Assembly (NCBI GenBank): GCA_003518045.1
Contig: DOZK01000021.1
Coordinates: forward strand, 8,975 to 46,943
Length of the DNA stretch: 37,969 nt
Direction: 5' to 3'
Origin: Candidatus Nomurabacteria bacterium
Lineage (GTDB): Bacteria; Patescibacteriota; Minisyncoccia; Phycocordibacterales; UBA5272
Below, piece after piece: positions 1 through 8,565 of this stretch (the first letter of the stretch is position 1; each line of letters opens with the position of its first letter). The notes beneath the pieces were generated by a model that had not been told where the DNA came from, searched no databases, and was given only the letters and a program-made list of their open reading frames with translations. The translations under genes and the position numbers were made by a program.

Positions 1-85
1 GTATTTGAACCTTTTTATGTCGTCGCTCGGACTAAATATAAAAGATTACTTTTCTGTTTAGCTCCTCGCTAGACAGAATAAAATA
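1..85. repeat. 85-nt intergenic repeat element, copy 1 (starts at the window edge, may extend upstream)
   Basis: Ungapped match of 1..85 to 30387..30471 (constant offset 30386) with about six mismatches by eye. Confidence 0.85.
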
Positions 86-185
86 ATGCCTTTAGTGTAT
101 CATAAAAAAAATCGAAAAACACAACGTCCAGACTTAAAAAACCTATTAATGTTATACTTTATAGTGTGTTGCGAAACCTCGACAT

Positions 186-247
186 GTCATTCCAAACTTG
201 ATTTGGAATCCAGTGGACACTGGATCCTGATTTTCATCAGGATGACA
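186..247. repeat. Composite hairpin repeat: two inverted GTCAT-hairpin-ATCCAGTG units (REPIN-like)
   Basis: GTCATTCCAAACTTGATTTGGAATCCAGTG followed by inverted unit CACTGGATCCTGATTTTCATCAGGATGAC; same composite recurs at 1063..1141. Confidence 0.85.
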
Positions 248-330
248 AAAAGAAAACAAATACGCCCGGATTTCATAATTCAAAGTATTGTAATCTAATG
301 TCTACTACCTAATGTCTAAAATCTACCCCC

Positions 331-1029
331 ATGATCCCCAAAACTATTCACTATTGCTGGTTCGGCAAAAATCCAAAATCACCTGAAATTTTGGAGTGTA
401 TTTCCAGTTGGGAAAAATTATGCCCTGACTTTTCTATTATTGAATGGAATGAAAATAATTTTACTTATAATGAATATCCATTCACTGCTAAAATGTATAA
501 AGAAAAAAGATGGGCCTTCGTCGCTGATTATGTGAGATTACACGTACTTTATGAGCAAGGTGGATTTTATTTAGATACTGATATGCTACTACTGCAATCA
601 CTTTCTCCCCTCTCCGCAAACGATTGCGTTTTAGGTGAAGAAGAAGTTGGAATTATAAGTGCTGGCATGATTGGAGTCGCTCCACATCATCCATTTATTT
701 TAAATTGTAAAAATTATTATGATAACAATAGTAACGAATTAATTACTATTCCTCGAGTCCTTTCACAAGTTTTTAAAAATTACGAAAACAAATCATCACT
801 AACTGTTTTACCACCAAAAACATTTTATCCATTTGATAGTGAGCATATAAAAGAATGGCACGGGCAGGATTTAGGAAAGGATGTATTTGGTGTTCATCTT
901 TGGAATTATTCTTGGGGAAGTCCATTAAATAAATTTTTCAAAAAAATTGGTATTTATAGTTTTGGTGTAAAACTCACAGAATCCCTCGGTATAAAAAATT
1001 TTCTAAAAAAAATACTAGGGTTAATCTAG
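331..1029 (+). CDS. Glycosyltransferase, GT32-like (Gly_transf_sug / capsular sugar transferase type)
   Basis: 232-aa ORF; N-terminal IPKTIHYCWFG...SPE...SSW block and DXD-type YLDTDM typical of GT32-type transferases. Confidence 0.8.
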   Translation: MIPKTIHYCWFGKNPKSPEILECISSWEKLCPDFSIIEWNENNFTYNEYPFTAKMYKEKRWAFVADYVRLHVLYEQGGFYLDTDMLLLQSLSPLSANDCVLGEEEVGIISAGMIGVAPHHPFILNCKNYYDNNSNELITIPRVLSQVFKNYENKSSLTVLPPKTFYPFDSEHIKEWHGQDLGKDVFGVHLWNYSWGSPLNKFFKKIGIYSFGVKLTESLGIKNFLKKILGLI

Positions 1030-1062
1030 TTAATTTACTTTAAATTAAAAAACTCCTCGTAT

Positions 1063-1141
1063 GTCATTCCAAACTTGATTTGGAATCCAGTGTTATGCTT
1101 TAAAATACAAACACTGGATCCTGATTTTCATCAGGATGACA
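1063..1141. repeat. Composite hairpin repeat, second copy of the 186..247 element with a 19-nt insert between the two units
   Basis: Identical units GTCATTCCAAACTTGATTTGGAATCCAGTG and CACTGGATCCTGATTTTCATCAGGATGAC separated by ttatgctttaaaatacaaa. Confidence 0.85.
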
Positions 1142-1166
1142 ACCAAAAAATAAAGTTTTAAATTGC

Positions 1167-1190
1167 GAAAGCTCCCTTGCGGGAGCTTTC
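1167..1190 (+). terminator. GC-rich 10-bp hairpin downstream of the GT32 gene (possible terminator, no U-tract)
   Basis: GAAAGCTCCC-TTGC-GGGAGCTTTC perfect stem; followed by TCGGAG rather than a T-run. Confidence 0.3.
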
Positions 1191-1440
1191 TCGGAGCCCA
1201 AAGGCACTGTGTAATTATTATACCAGCAACAAACAATTTGTCATTTAATTAATCCAAAATAATAAAATTCGGACGAATTCATATACCCAAGTCAAGGTTT
1301 TCATCTAAATTTTATTAGTTGAGGCTAAATGTATGCAAACATGTACATTTTGTATACATTCTATAAAAGATGTACCCACACTCTCCTAAAGCCGAAAAAG
1401 TACCTTTTATCTCAATACCTTTTCATTTACTGCAATTTAC

Positions 1441-1497
1441 AAAGTTTATAAACTTTTGATTTTTTGACTAAGTTTATAAACTTTGATAAACTATATA
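1441..1497 (+). promoter_or_regulatory. Putative Fic-gene promoter with two copies of a palindromic operator
   Basis: Perfect palindromes AAAGTTTATAAACTTT (1441..1456) and AAGTTTATAAACTT (1470..1483). TTGACT (1464..1469) lies directly upstream of the second palindrome. A/T-rich -10 candidates lie just before the ATG at 1502. Confidence 0.5.
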
Positions 1498-1501
1498 CAT
1501 T

Positions 1502-2431
1502 ATGACAATTCAAGAAAAACTAAAAATAATCCAAAAAAATACTGGTTTTAATCAAACTGAACTAAGTCAAAAACTTGGTGTATCTTACGTGTCTTTTAGT
1601 AAATGGTGGAATGGCCATGCCTTACCACGAGAAAAAGCTTTGAACTCAATCGATGCATTATTTTTAGAAGTAACTGGACAGAAAACAATTCCGGAGGATT
1701 ACTTATCGGCAAAAAAACAAAATCTTTTAAATTATTCAAAAAAACATAGCAATATTATTAAAGAAATACTTTCCAGTCCAGACATTAGAGATCAGTTTAT
1801 GTTAAAACTAACATATCATTCAAATGGTATTGAAGGAAGTACCCTTACAGAGAATGATACCGCTGCCATACTTTTTGATAATGTAGCTCTACCCAATAAA
1901 ACACTAATCGAACAGCTTGAAGCAAAAAACCATCAAACCGCGCTTCTTTATCTATTTAATCACATTGCTAAAAATGGAAATATCAATGAAACCTTAATAT
2001 TAAAACTACATAGTATATTAATGAATGGCATTTATGAAGATGCTGGTTTTTATCGTAGACATAGTGTTCGTATTGTTGGAGCAGATATGCCAACAGCAAA
2101 TTATCTAAAGGTACCAGAACTAATGAAAAATTTAGTAAAAGATATAAATAAAATTAAAAAAGATTCTATATCACACACATCTATAATCCATAGTGTTTTT
2201 GAAAAAATACACCCCTTCCCTGATGGAAACGGGAGAATTGGTCGTTTGCTGATGAATGCCATGCTTTTAAAAACAAATATTGCTCCAGCAGTAATACATC
2301 AAAAAAATAAGAGGCTTTATTATACATATCTAAATAAGTCCCAAACTAAAGATGATTTTAGCCAATTAGAAGACTTCATATGTGATGCTATTTTAGATGG
2401 ATTTAAAATTTTAGAAAGAAATCTTAAATAA
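1502..2431 (+). CDS. Fic-family protein (AMPylase-type) with N-terminal XRE-type HTH and intramolecular inhibitory helix
   Basis: HTH FNQTELSQKLGVSYVSFSKWWNG; inhibitory motif SNGIEG matching (S/T)xxxE(G/N); canonical Fic active site HPFPDGNGRIGR. Confidence 0.9.
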   Translation: MTIQEKLKIIQKNTGFNQTELSQKLGVSYVSFSKWWNGHALPREKALNSIDALFLEVTGQKTIPEDYLSAKKQNLLNYSKKHSNIIKEILSSPDIRDQFMLKLTYHSNGIEGSTLTENDTAAILFDNVALPNKTLIEQLEAKNHQTALLYLFNHIAKNGNINETLILKLHSILMNGIYEDAGFYRRHSVRIVGADMPTANYLKVPELMKNLVKDINKIKKDSISHTSIIHSVFEKIHPFPDGNGRIGRLLMNAMLLKTNIAPAVIHQKNKRLYYTYLNKSQTKDDFSQLEDFICDAILDGFKILERNLK

Positions 2432-2455
2432 AAAAATAACTTTACCAACTATTAC

Positions 2456-3226
2456 ATGAAATTTTCTATAATCACCCCAACATATAAAAGAGCAGATAAA
2501 TTAATTCGTGCTGTTAATTCACTACGTAATCAAACTTTTGGTGATTGGGAAATGATTATAGTCAACGACTCTCCTACTGAACCAGGCTATGATAAATTTG
2601 AACAAGCAATAAATGACCCAAGAATTAGATATTTAAAAAATACAAAAAATGAAGGCGTTAATTATTCTAGAAACCGAGCGTTAGATGAAGTATCAATACA
2701 TAGCGATTGGACTATATTTCTTGATGATGATGATTATTTAGCACCAGACGCCTTAGAAACATTACACGAATTAATAAGAACTCATGGTGGTGTAAGTTGG
2801 TTTGTAACAAATCGTGCCTACAAAGATGGTACCCCTACTACGAATTTTCCAAAATCTGATAAAAAATATTCTTATGCTTTTGACTATTTAATTTTAAAAA
2901 GATGTAAGGGAGATGCGACTCATTGTATAGAAACAAAAAAACTTGGTGAGATTAGATTTTTAAAACATATAAAACAAGCTGAGGAATGGTTTTTCTTTTA
3001 TCAACTTGGTTTAAAAAATAAATTTTATTATCACGACCACAACAGCACTATTACCGATGGCTATAATGAAGCTACTGGTCTAAACTTCCGTAAAAGAAAT
3101 CGCAAAAACGAATTTAAGACAATTTTAGTAATTGCTTATGAGGGTGCCGTCAAAGGAATAATTTACCACCCCACTTTCCTAATTTATTTATTCATGCGCT
3201 TGGTTCGCATTATTGTTAAACGCTAG
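2456..3226 (+). CDS. Glycosyltransferase family 2
   Basis: 256-aa ORF; FSIITPTYKR...NQTF...IIVNDSP and FLDDDDY (DXD) blocks of GT-A family 2. Confidence 0.8.
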   Translation: MKFSIITPTYKRADKLIRAVNSLRNQTFGDWEMIIVNDSPTEPGYDKFEQAINDPRIRYLKNTKNEGVNYSRNRALDEVSIHSDWTIFLDDDDYLAPDALETLHELIRTHGGVSWFVTNRAYKDGTPTTNFPKSDKKYSYAFDYLILKRCKGDATHCIETKKLGEIRFLKHIKQAEEWFFFYQLGLKNKFYYHDHNSTITDGYNEATGLNFRKRNRKNEFKTILVIAYEGAVKGIIYHPTFLIYLFMRLVRIIVKR

Positions 3227-3227
3227 A

Positions 3228-4241
3228 TTATTGTGGAAGTTCCGCTTTCATTGGTATTCCGGCACTCTTTACATATCCCCCATACACTGCCTCTATAATT
3301 AATTTTACACGCTCAAAATATTTCCATGTTATTCCATATTTAAAAATACCAAGAATACAAAGTCCTAATATCCATATAAAAATACTCAACAATAAAGTAA
3401 TCTTCCACTGTGGACTATTTTCTCTTGAAATACGAACCATATTTCGAATACGATAATAAACTTTAAATGGACGGGTACTAGGATTAAATAATCCAAAAAT
3501 ATGTGAATCTCCAAAAGAAGAATCGATGTCGTGAATTACTGGTGAAGTAGAAACATATGATTTATAGCCGGCCTTTTTCACACCCCATGAATATGCAATA
3601 TCATCACCATATAAAACAAGAGACTTATCTGGTAGTGGAGCTTCACACACTGCTGTGATTGGCAAAAAAGCTCCCCCATAAATAAAACCAATGGTTGGAA
3701 TTATTGGAAGAAATGGACCACTCCTTTTATTATTAATATCTGATACTAATTTTATAAAATTAATAACTTTTTCAAAACTAAAAACTTCAAAAAAAGTTCC
3801 TTTTGGATTAAGGTCTCTCAAAGATGGTTTATAAAAATATTCCTGACTCCCAGAAAGGTCTACTCTATTTCCCATAAGTACAATTTTATCCCCTTTAAGA
3901 AAGTTCTTTTTAATATCTAAAAATCTATCAATAGCCCCCACTTCTGGGACATTGTCATCATCTAGTAGAAAAACGAAATCGCAATCTATGTCACGGACAG
4001 CCTTTAACCCAGCATGAAAGCCACCTGCTGATCCAAGATTTTTATCATGTCTAATGATTAAAACTTTCTCACCATAAATTTTTACACCATCTTCAATTTC
4101 TTTTTGATTTCTTGAACCATTGTCAACAATAATAAACTTTACAACATGCACATCATTAATGACCGAATTAATGACTTGAGATAAAAAATCCCATCTTTTT
4201 CCATAAGTAACTGTAACAACGGCAACTTTTGTATTAGACAT
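3228..4241 (-). CDS. Glycosyltransferase family 2 (rhamnosyltransferase-like), C-terminal membrane helix
   Basis: 337-aa ORF; VAVVTVTYGKR...IIVDNGS...LLDDDN blocks; lies immediately downstream of rmlA in the same operon. Confidence 0.8.
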   Translation of the reverse strand: MSNTKVAVVTVTYGKRWDFLSQVINSVINDVHVVKFIIVDNGSRNQKEIEDGVKIYGEKVLIIRHDKNLGSAGGFHAGLKAVRDIDCDFVFLLDDDNVPEVGAIDRFLDIKKNFLKGDKIVLMGNRVDLSGSQEYFYKPSLRDLNPKGTFFEVFSFEKVINFIKLVSDINNKRSGPFLPIIPTIGFIYGGAFLPITAVCEAPLPDKSLVLYGDDIAYSWGVKKAGYKSYVSTSPVIHDIDSSFGDSHIFGLFNPSTRPFKVYYRIRNMVRISRENSPQWKITLLLSIFIWILGLCILGIFKYGITWKYFERVKLIIEAVYGGYVKSAGIPMKAELPQ

Positions 4242-4244
4242 GAT

Positions 4245-4970
4245 TTAAATAATTAAATTCTTATGCAACTTTTCTTGAGCAAGCAAATTTGCTTTAACTA
4301 AAGAATCAAATGTCCCTGCATCAATCCACTCACCATTAATGACTCTCACATCTAGCTCTCCGTTATCTAAATATCTTTTATGTAAATCAACAATTTCGAG
4401 CTCACCTCTTTCGCTTGGTTTTGATTCTTTTGCAAATTGCACAATTCTAGAATCATAAATATAAACACCTGGAATTGCAAAATTACTTTTTGGATTTTTT
4501 GGTTTTTCTTCTATAGAAATTACTTTCATATCTTTATCAAATTCGACCACACCAAAACGCTCTGGGTCCTTAACTTCTTTTGCAAAAATCCTCGCCCCTT
4601 TTTTGAAAGAAGAAATATGTTCCGTTAAATCTTCTTCAAAAATATTATCCCCTAGTATCATAACTACGTCGTCCCCCTGTAAAAAGGTTTCGCCGATAAT
4701 AAAAGCCTCACTTAATCCCTTTGGACTATCTTGTATTTCATAAGTAAACTTAACACCCCATTCCTTACCTGAACCCAAAAGATTAAGATAATCCCCGGCT
4801 CTTTCTGGAGCTACTATTATTAAAATTTCTTTTATACCAGCCTTTATAAGAATATTCAACGGATAAAAAATCATTGGCCTATTATAAATAGGAAGCAACT
4901 GTTTAGAAGTAACAGCTGTTAATGGATACAATCTAGTCCCTTTTCCGCCTGATAAAATAATACCTTTCAT
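4245..4970 (-). CDS. rmlA: Glucose-1-phosphate thymidylyltransferase (short form)
   Basis: MKGIILSGGKGTRLYPLT...SKQLLPIYNRPMIFYPL and GLSEAFIIGE...LGDNIF blocks match RmlA/RfbA; 241 aa, lacks the usual C-terminal extension. Confidence 0.85.
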   Translation of the reverse strand: MKGIILSGGKGTRLYPLTAVTSKQLLPIYNRPMIFYPLNILIKAGIKEILIIVAPERAGDYLNLLGSGKEWGVKFTYEIQDSPKGLSEAFIIGETFLQGDDVVMILGDNIFEEDLTEHISSFKKGARIFAKEVKDPERFGVVEFDKDMKVISIEEKPKNPKSNFAIPGVYIYDSRIVQFAKESKPSERGELEIVDLHKRYLDNGELDVRVINGEWIDAGTFDSLVKANLLAQEKLHKNLII

Positions 4971-4983
4971 AAGCCTTATCTTA

Positions 4984-5868
4984 CTACTTTAAATCAATAA
5001 AGTCATTACTTGAAACGAAGTCCTTAAGCGCTTCTTTTAGCGGATGCAACACTGGACGCTTGGTATTTTTTAACACAGAAAATGCTGGGCGTTTAGCATT
5101 ACGTAAAATCGCATTACCATGTATTGGATTAATTTCAGTGTCATGGGCAATTATCTTAAATAATAATCTAAGTCCTTGATACCATGATTCTTCACCCTCA
5201 TTTATTAAATGATAAATACCGTAGTTACATTTATCTTCAATGAGTGATTTTGTAGCCTTTGCCAAATCAGGCGCATAAGTAAAACAGCTTATTTCATCAT
5301 CAACTACATTCAAAGATTTTTGAGAATGTGAGAGATGAAGCATAACTTCAAAGAAACTTTTCTTGCCAGTTACCCCTCTTTGTTTTGAAAATAATCTTGA
5401 TAATCTAATTATGTAAAACTTTTCACTAAAATTTTTGACAGCCTCTTCTCCTAAATATTTAGAAACGGCATATTTACAATTTGGAATTGGAATAATGTCT
5501 TCGGAAAATCCTCCTTCGATTTTTTCATTTTTACCAAATACATAATCAGTAGAATAATGTACAAAAGTAATTCCTAATTCTTTAGAAATTTTTGCAATGG
5601 CTTCCGGCACATCTTTATTTAATAAAATAGCTTTTGCATATTCTACTTCATCATCTTCACAATCATCGACTGAATTATAAGCAACTGTGTTTAAAATATA
5701 TTCCGGAGACAATTCTTTTATTTTTTGATTAAGCAATAAAATGTCTGTAACATCTATATCTTTATGGGACCATGTTGTTACAGAATATTTTTTATCACCA
5801 TTAAATAAATCAACTAACTCTTTGCCTAAAGTTCCAGTACTACCTAAAATAAGAATTTTTATAGGCAT
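4984..5868 (-). CDS. rmlD: dTDP-4-dehydrorhamnose reductase
   Basis: Rossmann ILILGSTGTLG, YAVSKYLGE (YxxxK), position within the rml operon, 10-nt overlap with rmlB. Confidence 0.8.
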   Translation of the reverse strand: MPIKILILGSTGTLGKELVDLFNGDKKYSVTTWSHKDIDVTDILLLNQKIKELSPEYILNTVAYNSVDDCEDDEVEYAKAILLNKDVPEAIAKISKELGITFVHYSTDYVFGKNEKIEGGFSEDIIPIPNCKYAVSKYLGEEAVKNFSEKFYIIRLSRLFSKQRGVTGKKSFFEVMLHLSHSQKSLNVVDDEISCFTYAPDLAKATKSLIEDKCNYGIYHLINEGEESWYQGLRLLFKIIAHDTEINPIHGNAILRNAKRPAFSVLKNTKRPVLHPLKEALKDFVSSNDFIDLK

Positions 5869-6833
5869 AAATTATTTTTTAATTTCCACCAAATTTCATT
5901 TTCTTTATACCATTCTATAGTTTTTTGAAGACCATCTTCAAATTTTATTTCTGGCTCCCACCCTAATTCATTTTTAATTTTCTCATATGAAATAGCATAT
6001 CTTCTATCATGACCGGCTCTATCTTCTACATTTTCTATAAAACTTTCGTCTTTTCCCATTAAAGAAAGAATTGTTTTTATAACGTCAATATTTTTCTTTT
6101 CACTATTACCACCGACACAATAAACCTCGCCTATCTTACCGTCATGCAAAATAATATCAATTGCGCGACAGTGATCTTCTACATAAAGCCAATCGCGAAT
6201 TTGTAGCCCATCTCCATAAACAGGAATTTTTTTATTTTCTAAAATATTAGTAATTGCAAGTGATATTAACTTTTCAGGAAATTGATAAGGCCCGTAATTA
6301 TTTGAACAATTAGAAATTGTAACCGGCAATCCATAAGTATGATAATAGGCCATAACCAAATGGTCGGACGACGCTTTAGAAGCACTGTATGGACTACGAG
6401 GGTCATAATTACTTATTTCATTGAAAGGCTTATCGCTATCATTTAATTGTCCGAAAACCTCATCAGTGGAAATATGATGGAAACGTTTATTCCCATGATT
6501 TCTAGCTGATTCTAGTAAAGTAAAAGTTCCAACTATATTTGTTTGAATAAAATTCACAGCATTACTTATTGACCTATCTACATGGGACTCCGCTGCGAAA
6601 TGTACAATAGCCCCGCATTCGCTCACTAAATTATCAACAAGATTTTTATCACAAATATTTCCATGTACAAATCTATATCTACTATCTCCACCCCACTCTT
6701 TCAGTGAATCTTTATCACCAGCATAGGTAAGCGCGTCCAAATTAATAACTTCGTAATCTTTATATTTATTTAAAATAAAATGTATAAAGTTAGATCCGAT
6801 AAATCCCGCTCCACCTGTTACAAGTATTTTCAT
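5859..6833 (-). CDS. rmlB: dTDP-glucose 4,6-dehydratase
   Basis: ILVTGGAGFIGSNF Rossmann motif, catalytic YSASKASSDH, typical length of 324 aa. Confidence 0.9.
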   Translation of the reverse strand: MKILVTGGAGFIGSNFIHFILNKYKDYEVINLDALTYAGDKDSLKEWGGDSRYRFVHGNICDKNLVDNLVSECGAIVHFAAESHVDRSISNAVNFIQTNIVGTFTLLESARNHGNKRFHHISTDEVFGQLNDSDKPFNEISNYDPRSPYSASKASSDHLVMAYYHTYGLPVTISNCSNNYGPYQFPEKLISLAITNILENKKIPVYGDGLQIRDWLYVEDHCRAIDIILHDGKIGEVYCVGGNSEKKNIDVIKTILSLMGKDESFIENVEDRAGHDRRYAISYEKIKNELGWEPEIKFEDGLQKTIEWYKENEIWWKLKNNLCL

Positions 6834-6837
6834 AATA

Positions 6838-7389
6838 TTAAATAATTCCTATTTTACTTTTAAGCACTTTAAAAGAATCCTGCACCTTATCTTTTTCACT
6901 AATTATTTTTTCACCATCTGGCCAAGTAATAGATATTTCTTCGTCATTCCACAATAGTCCTCCTTCACTTTCTTTATTCCACACTTCAGTACATTTGTAT
7001 GAAAAAATAGTATTATCAACGAGCGACATAAATCCATGAGCAAATCCAGCAGGGATAAAAACCTGTTTTTTATTTTCTTCAGAAAGTTCACAAGAAAAAT
7101 ATTTTCCAAAAGTAGGAGAATCTTTTCTTATATCAACTGCAACATCAAACACCTTTCCGCGAAGTACAGAAACTAATTTCCCTTGAGCGTGTGGTGTACT
7201 TTGAAAATGAAGTCCCCGAACTACACCCTTCTTTGAAACAGATATATTATCTTGTACAAAATTATCTGATATTCCGAGAGTTTTATAAAAATTCTCATTA
7301 TAAGACTCCATAAAATAACCACGTTCGTCAAAAAACGCTTTTAATTCAACTATAAATAATCCCTCAAAATCTGTTTTTATCACTTCCAT
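6838..7389 (-). CDS. rmlC: dTDP-4-dehydrorhamnose 3,5-epimerase
   Basis: Cupin blocks DERGYF, VRGLHFQ...QGKLV, AHGF; 183 aa; TAGTATAAT box 9 nt upstream of the ATG. Confidence 0.9.
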   Translation of the reverse strand: MEVIKTDFEGLFIVELKAFFDERGYFMESYNENFYKTLGISDNFVQDNISVSKKGVVRGLHFQSTPHAQGKLVSVLRGKVFDVAVDIRKDSPTFGKYFSCELSEENKKQVFIPAGFAHGFMSLVDNTIFSYKCTEVWNKESEGGLLWNDEEISITWPDGEKIISEKDKVQDSFKVLKSKIGII

Positions 7390-7432
7390 ATTGATATGAT
7401 TATACTACGAATTGCAAAACAAGGTTTTAGGA

Positions 7433-8560
7433 TTAAATATTTAAAAAATTATTTTTACTGTTTTTAATCAAATCCCTAATAGCTTTTTCATCTATGTAAT
7501 ACCTAAGCTCTTTATCATTTTCCACCATAAAAAGTATCATACGAGCATACATTTTGTCTGTACCATGAATTTCATCAACGAATTCTGTGTCTTTTCCTCC
7601 AAAAGAAAGTGTCGACGAAAAATCGAAAAATAAGGCATTGTTTTTTCTAAAAATATCTTGTTCTTTTTTTATATTATCAATAACCATCTCTTTATAAATA
7701 CCACTTCCCTCATACATTTGACTATAAACAGATTGTGGGAAAGGTGGCGCAAACCCAACAACAAGTATCCCCTTTTCTTGACAGAGTTTTAAAAATAATG
7801 AGAGTTTTTTCAAATTTTCTTCTAAGATTTTATTTTTAGAATTATAATTCTGATTATTTTCTTTTTTTATTACACCTACTTTTTCTTGTATACGTTTATT
7901 AACATCCTCGATTAAATTTTTATTAGTCTGTGCTTCAAAATACCTATAGCTTCCATCATATCGAAAACCATCACCATTTATAAGAGCGGATATCCCTATA
8001 TTATGATTTTCTTTTGAATTATTTATTAAGGTATTTAAATTAAATTTGTGAGAAAAATAATCAAGATACATTCTTCTAGACATAAAAGAAAAAGTGTCTA
8101 TCATTCTTTTAGGAAACAATAGCTCTTTTTTATCACTATTCTTGTTTAAATCTTCATATAACATTTCCTGGTCTAAGCCAAAAAAAATAACTTTTAAATT
8201 ACTATTATTTGGTAAATCATTAACGAATTTCTCTGCATCGTTTAAAGACCTAACAGCACCCCCAGCATTTACAAAAGAATTTGGCTTAATAAAAAACTCC
8301 TTTCTTATTTCCATAACTCGTGATGTGCCTAATGCAATCACATTTCCATTTTGTTCCCTAAAAAGAAGATTTTTATATGGGAAAAATAAAGTTGAGACAT
8401 AGGAAAATCCAAAAATAGTTTGAGAGAACTCTTTCTGAGTTGCCACAACTTCTTTTATTGAATAAAATTCTCTTCCATAAAAAATTACCATTGCAGGGAA
8501 AATAAAAAGTAAAATTATTGGAAAAAGAAATATAATAATTTTTTTAATAAAAACTATCAT
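7433..8560 (-). CDS. Membrane-anchored SGNH/DltD-like protein, partner of MBOAT-1
   Basis: ATG at 8560 lies 5 nt after the MBOAT stop; the longer TTG-initiated ORF to 8644 would overlap the MBOAT. N-terminal TM helix, ALGTSRV (candidate block I Ser) and C-terminal DEIHG (DxxH). Call is weak, based on sequence only plus position. Confidence 0.55.
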   Translation of the reverse strand: MIVFIKKIIIFLFPIILLFIFPAMVIFYGREFYSIKEVVATQKEFSQTIFGFSYVSTLFFPYKNLLFREQNGNVIALGTSRVMEIRKEFFIKPNSFVNAGGAVRSLNDAEKFVNDLPNNSNLKVIFFGLDQEMLYEDLNKNSDKKELLFPKRMIDTFSFMSRRMYLDYFSHKFNLNTLINNSKENHNIGISALINGDGFRYDGSYRYFEAQTNKNLIEDVNKRIQEKVGVIKKENNQNYNSKNKILEENLKKLSLFLKLCQEKGILVVGFAPPFPQSVYSQMYEGSGIYKEMVIDNIKKEQDIFRKNNALFFDFSSTLSFGGKDTEFVDEIHGTDKMYARMILFMVENDKELRYYIDEKAIRDLIKNSKNNFLNI

Positions 8561-8565
8561 ACAAA

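Noticed and set aside
216-247. Hammerhead-ribozyme-like words CUGAUGA and GAAA in the unit TGTCATCCTGATGAAAATCAGGATCC
   Set aside because: The two words are contiguous within a simple hairpin loop (CCTGAT-GAAA-ATCAGG). There is no stem II between them and no three-way junction, and other family members have unrelated loops.
86-298. 70-aa ORF in the first intergenic region
   Set aside because: It runs straight through the 186..247 hairpin repeat and the low-complexity spacer, has no start context and no recognisable product. Most likely it is an artefact of an open frame across repeats.
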